Part shown: in pieces, positions 51,015 to 63,030 of the stretch | Numbering within the stretch: the stretch's first letter is position 1 | Layout: each line of letters starts with the position of its first letter | Assembly: GCF_040938485.1 (NCBI RefSeq) | Contig: NW_027271075.1 | Location: forward strand, 496,001 to 560,000 | Direction of reading: 5' to 3' | Origin: Diadema antillarum | Lineage: Eukaryota | Length of the DNA stretch: 64,000 bases | Made by a program: the position numbers and the translations under genes | The notes under the pieces: generated by a model | What the model was told of the DNA's origin: nothing | Seen by the model: the letters and a program-made list of their open reading frames with translations, nothing else | Database searches by the model: none

Positions 51015-52735
51015 AGCTGCTAGATTAAATGTCAGATGTTTGCTCTTAATTTTGGAAATGAATAACGGTAATATTCCACTCCGTATTATACAAAAATAAA
51101 TGTCGGATGTTTGCTCATACACTTTTACTTTTGGAAATGAATAATGGTAAGATTCAGCTCCGTACGGTGCTGAAATTAATGTCAGATATTTGATTTTGCG
51201 TTCGGAAATGAATAGGGATAAAATACGGCTCCGGAAGATGCTGAAATAAATGTCGAATGTTTGCTTTGACGGTCGGATATAAATGATAATGAATTTCAAC
51301 TCCGTATACGATGATAAAATAAATGCCGGAAGTTTACTTTTACGTTCGAAAGTAAATAATAATAATATTTAGCTCTGGAATATGCTAAAGTAAATGTCGA
51401 ATTATCCCTTTGGCGTTCGGAAATGAATAACAATAATAACAAACTTCGTACAACGACGAGATAAATGTTGGATGTTTGCTTTTACTTTCGAAAGTGAATA
51501 GCAATAACATTCGGCTCCAGAAAATGCTGAAATAAATGTCAGATGATTGTTTTTACGTTCGGAAGTGAATAACAGTAATATTTTGCTCCATACGATGCTA
51601 AATAACTGTCGGATGTTTGCTTTTAAATTTCGAAATGAATAACAGTAACATTTAAATGCGTTTAATGGTGAAGTTAATGTTTGCTTTGACGTTCGGAAAT
51701 GAATAACAATAGTATTCAACTCCGTCCGATGATAAATAAATGTCTGATGTTTACTTTTATGTTCGAAAGTAAATAGCAATAACAATCAGCTCCGGAAGAT
51801 GCTAAAATAAATGTTGAATGTTTGCTTTGGCGTTCGGAAATGAATAACAATAGTATTCAACTCAGTACGATGATGAAATAATTGCTGGATCTTCGCTTTT
51901 ACGTTCAAAAGTAAATGGCAATAACATTCAGCTCCGGAAGATACTAAAATATATGTCGAATGATCCCTTTGACGTTCGGAAATGAATAACAGTGATATTC
52001 AGCTCCGTACGACGATGAAATGCCGAATGTTCGCTTTTACGTTCGAAAGTAAATAGTGCTCAATAACATTCGGCTTCGGAAGATGCCAAAATAAATGTCA
52101 GATGATTGCTTGAACGTTCGGAAGTGACAAGCAGTAACATTCTGCTCCATAATTAAGATGCTAAAATAAATATCAGACATTTGCTATAAATTTAACATTT
52201 CGAAATGAATAACAATAACATTCAGTTGCGTTTGATGGTAAATGTAATGTCGGATGACGTTTGAATGTGAAAAACAGTATAACATTCGGCTCCGTACGAT
52301 GCTGAAATATGTCAGATGATTCATTTCACTTTCGGAAGTGGACAGCAGTAACATTCGGCTCCTTCGATCATAAAGTAAATGTCGGGTGTTTGCTTTTGAA
52401 TTTGGAGATGAATAACGGTAATATTCTGCTCCGTACGATGCTAAAATAAGTAACAGATTGTTGCTTGTACATTATGGAAATTATAAACGGTATCAATCGG
52501 CTCAGTTAGATGATAAAATAAAGAGCGGATGTTTGCTTTCACGTTCGGAAATGAATAAGGATGATATTCAGGTCCGTAAGATGATAGAATGAATGTCGGT
52601 TGCTTGGTTTTACATTCCGGAAGGTGTTAAAATACTTATAAATGTTGAATGATTGCTTGAATTTCCACCAGAAATAAATAACGGTAATTTTTTGGCTCTT
52701 TACGGCGCTAAAACAAATGTCAGATGTTTACAATG
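51015..52735 (+). repeat. Degenerate tandem array of about 71-bp units, roughly 24 copies
   Basis: gttcggaaatgaat-like anchors recur near 51200, 51271, 51344, 51415, 51486, 51557 and onward. Confidence 0.9.
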
Positions 52736-53719
52736 TCTGCAAATGCTCCCACTTTCTCATTTCAAACGTAAATTTTGACCAATTTAATAGGCATCAACTT
52801 TCATAATAATCTATAAGCCTATTTGCGAAATCTTAGAACTCAGAATAACGGTATAAGATGATTAAATTTTCTCCTTATTTTAGACGTGGGTACCTGTATC
52901 ACTTCAGTAATACTTGATATTTATTTTTCTATGTTTAGTAGGACCGATAGTTTTGCTTGTTTTTTTTTTCTTTTCGGGCCACCAAAAAATAAAAATCAAT
53001 CATTTTGGTGGCCCGATCGGGCCACCGAAATAAAAGTTAGTGTGGAGCCCTGGCCTTTTGTGGATAAAGTGTCTTGCTTAAAGGCAAATATCGGGCTTCG
53101 AGGGGATTGAAACCGCAAACCCGTACCATGGCTAATTGATTCAGATTTTACTTAAGTACATGTACTTGAAGGTCAACTTTAGATAGACTTTTTTTTTTGC
53201 GATACAGCTGGGGCTCCATGCGCATTCATTTACAACAACAGTATAATCGGAAGACGAGCAGAAAGAATGTCAGCACCAGGAGTAATCGCACCGGGCCGAA
53301 AGGGGAAAAGGAAAAGTATATCCTGAATCTATACCCCCCACATCGACAAGAAGACAAACGAAAAAAAAAAAGAAAGAAAATGAATGGACCCACATGACGC
53401 ATAATTTGGGTAAATCTGCGGGATATTCGTTATTTCATTTTGCTGTGTTCAAACTATACACCAGTATAGCTTTTCGAGTGTGATCTTAATGCGTATGAAT
53501 GTTCTATGGACTTTAAGTTTATAATGCGAAAGAGGGTAACTATATAACAATCAACGACATTGATAACGCCAAACAATAGGAAATTTCAGAGTGCGAGAAA
53601 AATAAGACGTCCCGGAAGTACGCCAGACATCATAATTGCTTTTTTTGTTCCTTTCTAGCTCCACAGCATCACCTAGGAAATCGATTTGACCAAGAACAAA
53701 AGCGCGTCCCTCTTTTCTT

Positions 53720-53920
53720 CCTGGGCAATTACCCCGGACCCTTCCCCTGGCCCTAATCCTAACCATAACCATGGAGCTACTAAGTAGCTCCATGCCATAA
53801 CCCAAACTCCTCACCCTAAACCTAACCCTAATCTTTACTCTAACCTTACCATTAACCAGTATTTAGCGGGGAGGGGGGGGGGGGGGGGGGTAATTGCCCT
53901 CTGGGGTTAATTGCCCGGAT
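53720..53920. repeat. cctaaccctaa-core interspersed repeat (Helitron/DINE-like MITE core)
   Basis: gcaattacccc...(cctaacc)-like run...ggggttaattgc; classification is inferred. Confidence 0.45.
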
Positions 53921-56900
53921 TAGGTTGCAACACACAACAAAAACCTCTTCCCTGGCCCTACACCTTCCCGATCTCCGTGTGTTGTCAGGTGAAACGACAT
54001 GTTCAAATACAAGAATAAAACAACAGTAGGTATTGATTGAAACTCGACACCCATTCATGCCAGCCAGGCCAGGCTGAAATGTAACTTCAAAGCACATTCC
54101 GACAGCTGGCTGGCAAAACCACATGGCAAAGGAATTTGCGCGCGCGTGTGGATTGCTCAATAAAATTGGAGGGCCTGGGAGCGGGAAAACAAGGGTGATT
54201 ACTGAGTACTAGTAGTCTGTGAGTTATCAAAAGCAGACCTTTCGAACAATTGCAAACGTCATGATACTATTTTGTCTTCCTTTTGGACTGAAGAAAAAAA
54301 TCACAAAGACGAGTTGAGTACACGTTGTATCACAATTTTTTACATAGCCATGCAAAACGATTACTACACTCATGTTATGACAAGAAGAATCAATATTCCA
54401 AGACAAATATACAAAGCAGCCTCGGGTACTGACGGTGACAAGAAACGCCACGCATTCACAATGCACGTTGGGGAGCAACAGGGAGGTGGGAAGAGACTCG
54501 TCCCGCCTCCCTGGGAGCAACATGGAGTTGGCAGGGAGGGGTGATCCTGGAGTTTGTGAGAACTTCCCGATACTCCGTGACAACAGGGAGGTGGAAGAGA
54601 GATACTCCACCTCCCTGGTGACAACACGATTGTGACGATCTCAAAGCATGGACCCTACCACGCCCAGCAAATCTGCGTGCTACTTCTCAAAAATTTGAAG
54701 GAACTTTGTCTCTGATCTGTTGAGTTGTTTTTGCTGAATATCAGGAGCTTTTCATGCCTGACGTTCAAATGGATGGTTGCCAAAAATTTCATAATCTATA
54801 AATCTCTCAGTAATTTATTTTAGGCTGTTGATGCTGCCGTAAAAACATTAGAAATTTCATAGGAACTAGTCAGGATAAAGACAAAAAAAAATCTCCGCAC
54901 AAAACAAATACAAGTATCTTTTATTGTCATTGGTAGTCAAATTTGTGTTATACAGATACATTGTATGATTAAAGCAATAGGCATAGTATTAACTATTGTA
55001 TTACACGTAGTAACACTTTCATGGTAAGTTTGACGTTTTAAAAATCGCAGGAGAGTTTTTTTTTTTTTTTTTTTAAGGAGTGCAACCATTTCTAAACGTG
55101 AAGGCATGATAAATGAAAGGAGAAAAAAAAAAGAATCAACGTTTGTAATCCTGGGTCTTCGACTTGAGCTATCTTTAATTAAACATTCCTTCTCTGTTCA
55201 TCTCCAAGACCCCAGACTGTTCATGACCTCCGAGAATGCGCCAGTACGCGCGGTTTCTTCTGTTGATTGGTATCTCTCTCTCTCTCCACCCCTCCCCATT
55301 CCCCACTCTGGCACCTTGGCATCGTGGGATTTTTCATGTTTCTGGGTAAACTTTCATGTGAAGCGTGCCTATCAAGTCACCACTTGACTCACCTGCTGGC
55401 AGTGTAATAATGCGAGCAGAAAGTGGTAGACATTTTCTTCTGCTGCAGCTACTTTTACTGCCGAAATACTCGGCTTTGTCACCACACACTACCACCAGTT
55501 ATTCGGCGAGACACACGTTGTGTATTGGAATATAAATGGACTTTTGCACCTTCCTGAATTGAGTAAGTGTCTGACCGTTGTTGAAATCGTGACATCGCTA
55601 ACGTTAGACAGTCGGCGTTAGTTTTAGGCTTGCGTATGCGTGATTTCATGGGTTCAATGTTCGATGGAATATGTTGGCTGTGGGGAAAAATGTGGCTTCG
55701 AAATTTTTGCTTGCCCGATTCCATTGACTGCGCCCATGAGTACAAATTTGACGACCATGACAATACGACATTGCCAGGGGAGTTCTGCTCAACTACAAAA
55801 TCTTTTCGGTATTTGATATCGCTATTTAAATGCCTTCCGCCGGCAGGAAATTGTCCGTAGTAAATATTACGAACGACAGTTACTTAACCGAGGCATCTCC
55901 GAGTCTCGCAATTTCCGAGATTTCTTGCCAGTTCACATGACAAGTCCGCTAACGCAAGATCTAAAAATTAACGCACAGTAACGATCTGTAACGCACAGTA
56001 ACGATCTGTAACGATCTGTAACGATCATTCACGCACGGTGATCGTTAATTTTGTAACGCAGAAAGATTAACGCAGTACCGATCGGCGCTTGCGTTACACG
56101 TAAATTTAACGCAAAGTTTATTTTGGTATATACTGTACAGTATATATGAATTTTTTGCAACAAAGCCTAAAATATAAGGAGATATCAGTATTTTTCTAAA
56201 TAAACCATAACTGTAGACGGTTTAGTCTGGAACCATTCTTATCATAACTATTGTTCACATTTTGTGTATTTAACAATATTACTGAACATCGATTATACGG
56301 ATTCAAATTTTTACATTGGTTGTTTCAATCCCTATCTCACATTTTAGAACTATTTTGAAGCACTAACTGGGTTTTTGTTTCATCTGCAAATGGTAAATCA
56401 TGCCTTTTCCATTATCCACTCATAATACACTTCATACTGTGATTCTAAGTGTTTGGTCTTCTTGCGCATTGCTAAGAACAATTGGAATACATAACTTCCT
56501 CTCAGACACCCAGAATGAGCTATTCCTAAACTACGTCTTCTCACCTCACTATCTAGCTGGAAAGGAGATAACGACACACATGAATGTTGCCATCCGGCCT
56601 TAAGATACAAACATGTACTTAAAGACCAGAATGGAGGACAACACACAGAAATATCTGCATGCCTCATGATGCACAGTGGTACAAGTATCTTCTTTTTTTT
56701 CTTCAATGATTCACTCAAATAAACCATGCTTTTTAGATTAAATTCAGGTAATTATTTTCTATTGTTTGATATCAATTGATTTGTATCTAAAGTGTGAAAT
56801 AAAAGTATTATGTTGAACGCAAAGCACATTGTGAGTACTGTCAGATCTGAAATGCGTTCTGTAAAAATCTACGATTATTCTTATTCATTGCAGTTCACAG

Positions 56901-59900
56901 AAAAATCTCCCTTATCATAAACTGGGTAAGGGAGACGCGTAGATGGCATCAGAGACGCTCGCAATAATAGTACAATTGTTTAATGGTCATAAGATACAGA
57001 CTACAATTGTAACAAAAATATTTTTGATGAACAGCGGGTGCTGTTATACAGGGAGGAAGTATGGGGAAAAAAACTGACACCATGAATATAAAACAGAACA
57101 AAGCAAAGAACCAATTGAATGATTCCACGCTATGCGCTCCTTCGACATACCAGCATTCATGTCACCACAGCGCCTGTCATTTCTCACGGCGATTCCGCGA
57201 CAGACAGTAAATGCTGGTGATACAGATGAATGTACCACTCGCATCTGGAGCCCGCCGCTTGTTGCCACGGTCACTCGATATTTTCCAGCGTATTTTTAGA
57301 TCAGAGGACGGCTCAGGGCCGGCGGAGGGCTCTTGCTCTCTTACGGGCAATCAACGTCAATCTGAAATATTTCAAGGATGTATGTTCCTTTTGCGGGGTG
57401 GAAGAGCGTCGTAAGTGCGTGCATTCACTCGGCACTGAATTGTGGGGCTTCAGTGCTATTCAAATCATGCCCGCCAATAACAGAATATCCTTGAAACCAT
57501 TATACAAGATGAACATGCGGAATTCACTATCCAGCAGGCCACATACATCATAGCTAGTATTATAAAGAAATAGGAAGAGACATTTCATAATTCTCACATG
57601 CTAAGCATACACCGATGCTTTTAAACCTTTGATCGAGTGGCAAAGGAAGGAAAGGAAACAGATTTGATCTACATTCACCTGCACTTTCGATTACGTCACA
57701 CACTCAGGCACATAAAAAAAGAGGAACGGAAACAGAAAATCTCAGTAAACACAGTGCGCAAACCTAAAATATGACAATAGAATTCACTCTCTCCGAACAA
57801 ATCCCACTGCTGCTATCTTAAGATGTTCTATTTTTGTCCCACGCTTTCTATTTCTGCGCCTCGCCACCCCCCCCCCACTCTTACTCCCCGTTGCCAGACG
57901 GATATCAGACTTCAATGGCGATCCGTATAAGGCAACGACAGGATCAATCTCGCCCAAAATAGCAGCCGCAGCGCTGCAAACGACGTCACTCGTTGTGTTT
58001 GCTCGGCTGGACTGGATGGACAAAAATTGCGCACCGGGGGGACGCACAAATACACACAAATACACACAGGCAGTCCTGATGCATCGCTGCCGCGCTGGCG
58101 GTGGATTCGGTTTCTCGCTGTTTTGCCCAAAACACTTTCGCTATCCTTTCTCCTCTCTCTCTCTCCTCTATACTCGTGCACTGTAAAGAAGAACTATTTA
58201 TATCATGCATTTTTGGTTCTGCTCATCTTCCACTGGTCATGCTCTATATTTATCTATCCCTGTTAACACTTGGAATGTGTTCACTGAAAGATTCCTCTTT
58301 CTTCCTGATGACATTTCATAAGCGACACAGCTCAAATCTTTTTTTTTTTAATGGTGCACATGTGGTATACACGAACAGCTCATCTATTAAAAATCGCCAG
58401 GTACATTTGTAAATGTATCCTTTTTTCCTAGCTCCCTCCCTCCCCCCCCCCCCCCCCCCTTTATGCTTCATTGCATTGTCTGTAGCACCTATTCCACTGA
58501 ATCCGTTGGAGTCTCCAAAACCGGTGGGGTACAGGCATGCACATTGTGTATGCCTGTTAATACAGTGTATCATCTTTCTGATTGATAAGGATTGGCTCAG
58601 ATTTCAGTCCCCACCCCCCCCCCCCCACCCCAACACACACCACCACCATCAAGAGCTGCATTTCATATTCCATCTTTTAAAATGCTTTTTAACCACATCA
58701 TCTCTGTAACATCATCACTATGCAACAGACTCTGTGATGAAAAGTAAACCACTGTGCAAAAGAATATATGGAGGGGAAACTTGATGATACCTCTCAATAA
58801 TTTACATCTACAAATTCAGTTTCAATTCAGACACCAACTCAATATCAACTAGCCACGCTACAATAAAAAAAGACCAACACTAGTGAACTTTTCTCTGACT
58901 CTTTCTCTCATAAAGGGTTAAAACCACCTTCTCTTGGTAGATGTCATTCTAAATATTCTTGAAGGCACACTGCACTGCATTTCTTTTTATGTTGGAATTG
59001 TACTTTGCTACATGTGATTGGAAAAAAAAAAAACAACCACCAGATGAATGAATCTTGGTGTAAACCTTTGTGCATCATTTTCTTAGGTTTCATATCTTTC
59101 TTACATTTTTCCCTTTTATTTTTTACCATGGCCCAAAACACAGACCTCAAGAGTTGATTCATACAACATGATTTGTAGTTGACCCATTAATACAATACCC
59201 TAACACACTTATCCCTAATTACTTTGGGGAAACTGATATTACATTGCATGTTGTCCTCATGTATTTCACATGAGGGTCCCAAGACAGATTTGGAACTTAA
59301 ACCAATCATGTCCCAAGACGCTCTGTTGGTTACTTTTCTTTCGGTGGTTCGTCATGCAAAATTAAATTACATGGACTTAAAAAAATACATAGACTTTTGA
59401 TAAATCCACCACAAACCAGCAAAAAGACAAATTTATAGACCAAGCTACAAAGACCAATAATGAGACAATTGACAAGATTTCCCAAGAGCTCATTCTGTGT
59501 TGGGACTCATATTTACACATGTAGTGAGTGATTGAGGTTCTGTACTAGGCTACTAATGCATTCAAAATTTGTGCTAATTGTCCCATGATGACCATGAAAT
59601 CAAAAGCTTAATTGATGACTCTTTACACTAAAAACATTTCAATATTTGCAGTTCAGTTTGCAATGCATGAATTGTCACCATGTCAGTCAAGCTGTGAGGG
59701 AAAGCTTTCGGGGCGTCAGTTTAACAACACCCTCTACAAAGGATGCATTAAATTTGAATATGTGAGGAAGAGCGGTCATTGCTGCTGCGGCTATAACCAT
59801 CCAACATCATGAATATTCAAGAGCTCCTCGCGTTGTCGCACCGGGGCGCACCATCGAAAGTGTTCGGTGACGCGCCACAAACACAGGGCAGAAGTTGAAT

Positions 59901-60297
59901 GGGGATATTAAGCCTCTGCCTACAGAATGATCGCCTCGCAGAGAGTTCTCCGTAATGAGGTCACGGAGGCAGCCCTCACAGGAAGTCCACCCATAGAGTG
60001 GATCCCATCCTCATCCCGATGTTTTGTATCGCTCCCCTGGTGGGTGATTCAGTATCATCTGAGGCCGGCATGCATCCATTCAACGTCATCTCCGCCAATC
60101 CTTTTCAAAATCACGGCAAACGATCCAAACTTTCCCACAGCTCAAATCTCTCTCTCTCTCTCTACACACAACCGATCAGGAAGATGCTTTCTTCTTTTCC
60201 TTTCATCCTTTCCCGTCTCATTTTTTTTCCTCCTTTGCATCGTTTCCATCACCCCTCCCCCTCTCCCATCTCGATTTTCACATGCTTGCTCGGATAG

Positions 60298-60307
60298 TTA
60301 AAAATAG
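60298..60307 (+). promoter_or_regulatory. MEF2 consensus site TTAAAAATAG
   Basis: YTAWWWWTAR match next to a CpG-rich island. Confidence 0.4.
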
Positions 60308-61341
60308 CCAAACCTTCAAGGGAGGGAGAAAGGATGAGAGATGGAGAGAGAGAGATGGAGAGAAAGAGAGAGAGAGGAAGAGAGGGAGGGGGGAATATAT
60401 GGAAAACCAAACTGCTTGCCAAAAAAAGGTCTCCCTCAGAATCGGACAGTGAAAACATCATCGCTGCAACAACACGATCCTACGTCACAGCTCCGGAGCG
60501 GCGCATAATTGTATTTCCATGAATCGTGTCTAAAAGACGCCACTTTTAGACGCGAGGATACGGCGATGGAAATAGCAAGAGGTAAACAGACCTGCTGACG
60601 CACGGCAGATAAATGCTGGAATAAGGCTGCGGGAGAAAAGAGAGCGGGAGACAACACTCTCGGACCAGGTTTCCTTATCGGGCACAAAATCATTGATTTT
60701 ATTGAACTCCTCGACAAATTTAACTCTGAAATTTTATTTACATGAGTTAAAAGGGATTTGAGTGCTTCAGCCATCGCAGCCCTCGACTGCGCCGAGCTCT
60801 TAACTTCCACACCACCTCTCGACTCTCCGCTTTGTGCTCGACCCGGCGAACGCTTGTAAAGATCTAGAGCAAAACTGCGTGCCTTTATACATGTCATCGA
60901 AAAGTGACGATGCACACTACACTGACTCGCCATTCAAACTTGGCAATGCTTTCTACTCTCCTGATACCAGTTCCAGCTGCACTCCAGATCTTTTGCTATG
61001 AGACTCCTTCAATCCTTGCCAAAATTTAGCCAATAAATGTATTTGGTTTAGAATTCCTGTGAATACTTTCATCTGTAGTCATTCTCCTAAAGCCTGAAAT
61101 AGAATTTATACTGAGAATTAACCTCTCATTTTAACTGCGTGTCTAGAAACAGCACAAACTGAGTATTGCAACACTTATTTCAAGGCATTTCTAATTTCAA
61201 GTTGGAATGTACTATATACACATTCTTTTTTCTCTCTCTCTTAATGATCTTATGTTTTCTATGTAAATGTGATATCCTATACATGTACAATAAACTTGTG
61301 CACTTTTTTAGCATGTGAAACGAATGAATTGAATAGAATTG

Positions 61342-61538
61342 AACTGAACTGAAAAGTTGAACTGAATGTTGTTACCAGGTATTAGTTGTTGTTATGTCAG
61401 GCAAGGTCTCTGGGCAAGCTTTCTACTTAGAAATAATCTAACTGAACTGAAAAGTTGAACTGAATGTTGTTACCAGGTATTAGTAACTGTTATGTCAGGC
61501 AAGGTCTCTGGGCAAGCTTTCTACTTTAGAAATAATCT
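61342..61538 (+). repeat. 98-bp tandem duplication (2 copies) following a (GAATT/GAACT)n tail, possibly a LINE 3' end
   Basis: aactgaactgaaaagttgaactgaatgttgttaccaggtattag recurs at 61342 and 61440; aataaa near 61288. Confidence 0.8.
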
Positions 61539-62585
61539 GCCACATAAAATTTGATGGCGTGAGTGACTCGGTCCCTTTTCCTACCACATTGAAATGATGT
61601 TTTGTCCCTGTAGTACCAAAAACTCTCAACCATCAACTGCACACTTAGTTATGGCTATACTCTCTTAAACAGTGCTAGCATGCTAGTTCCTCCTCACCTC
61701 AAATCTACATCGCATCTCGCTATCTGCGCTCACATCGTCAAAATATTCATCTCAACTGGGGAAATATCCAGAAATGCAAATCAATGCCATCTAAGGATTT
61801 CCGAATTTTCAGTTCGGACTACACTGCGTGTAAGAATCCACAAGAAGCAAAAAGCAGCTAGCAAATCCATGAAAATGAGTTCATATCTACAGCCGAAGGC
61901 CCTCCTTGAAATACTCTTCTAGGCTTCCTTTTTCTATTGCATATTTTCTTCTCTCCATCTCTCCCTCTCCCTTTCCTTCCCCCCCCCCCCCCTCAAATCA
62001 TCCTCTCTAGCTTATAAGTTCTGACCTAATTGAGTATATTTATTTGAGAAAAAAAAACCCCACTACAAACATCTATTCTTGTCCATTATTCATTTCCCCC
62101 CCCCCCCACCAAAATAAGTCTTTTTGTTATTGTTTCTATTTGTTCATCTGTACTTTGTATCTACATATCCACTCTATCTACTTTATTCAACTATTTCATG
62201 TAAAGTATTGTATACATAAACAGATATGCACACAAACATAAAACAGCTAAACACACACACACACACAAACACACACACATTAGCTTGTTACCTACTCTTA
62301 AGTCTGATCTTATTCTGTCACTTTCCTTTTCAATCTTAGGCATCTCGCCCTCTCAAATATAGCACCACACCTGGTTTCACTGATACTCCACATCACCTCA
62401 ACATTCCAGTCTAATCATCTCTTCTGAGTTTTTCTCTCTCTCTTCCTCTTGTCTTTCTCTTTCTCCCTTCCATTTTTTCTCTATCTCCTTAGTATCTCTT
62501 TCTCTCCTAGATGGTATCCTTTGGTTCTTCTCCCATACTCGATCGTACAAAAATGGAGGATACAGAGAGCCTTGCAAACCGTCCG

Positions 62586-62595
62586 TTAAAAATAG
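62586..62595 (+). promoter_or_regulatory. MEF2 consensus site TTAAAAATAG
   Basis: YTAWWWWTAR match. Confidence 0.4.
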
Positions 62596-62879
62596 CACAG
62601 CTACAACAGATGCAGCGTTCATCGTCATCCTACGTCCTCAAGAACACCTCCCCTCCCCCACATCCTCAAGAACATCTCCACCTCCCCGCCCCCCCCCCCC
62701 CCCCCGCTCATGACCACTACACACTTACACAAACACTCACATGCATACACATGCACACAAATATGCACACATAAAACATACACACACACATACACATTTG
62801 CCTCTTTCCCATGCAAAAGTGAAGCATCTCAAAAAGAAGTGCCACCATAATTCATTCTCAGAGGAAACCTGCACACACG

Positions 62880-62935
<56 letters not shown>
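62880..62935. repeat. (CA)n microsatellite
   Basis: Direct inspection. Confidence 0.95.
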
Positions 62936-62937
<2 letters not shown>

Positions 62938-63020
62938 CACATAAACAAAGCGGTGGAGTAGGTTACGTGGGCGAATATTCGTGTGAGCACCGCTGAGGCA
63001 TCTCTCATCCGCGGCGCATC

Positions 63021-63030
63021 TTAAAAATAG
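63021..63030 (+). promoter_or_regulatory. MEF2 consensus site TTAAAAATAG
   Basis: YTAWWWWTAR match inside a strongly CpG-rich patch. Confidence 0.45.

Larger units (their letters stand above)
49572..56135. mobile_element. 6.56 kb TA-flanked composite non-autonomous DNA transposon (Tc1/mariner-type ends)
   Basis: TIR CAGTATATACCAAAA(G/T)AAACTTTGCGTTAA matches at 29 of 30; TA at 49570-49571 and 56136-56137; TAACG arrays at both ends; no transposase ORF seen. Confidence 0.85.

Noticed and set aside
51015-52735. 71-bp array as a CRISPR array or as a coding repeat (LRR or zinc finger)
   Set aside because: The whole unit is repeated and degenerate with no unique spacers and no cas genes, in a eukaryotic intron. 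The period is not a multiple of 3 and all frames hit stops.
50471-54160. Similar ORFs at 50471-50812 (+) and 53852-54160 (-) as a duplicated protein
   Set aside because: They reflect the inverted DNA repeat. Many of the differences change amino acids and no domain is recognisable.
55393-55884. Strong minus-strand donor (CAG|gtgagt after 55393) and a nearby open frame of about 135 codons as a transposase or HDAC exon
   Set aside because: No DDE, THAP or HDAC motif. The phase-1 frame that could join exon 44141 has no ATG before an upstream stop.
57289-57379. Plus-strand exon-like segment (ttttccag...GAT|gtatgt; VFLDQRTAQGRRRALALLRAINVNLKYFKD) suggesting a nested antisense gene
   Set aside because: No partner exons or recognisable protein; such splice-like pairs arise by chance.
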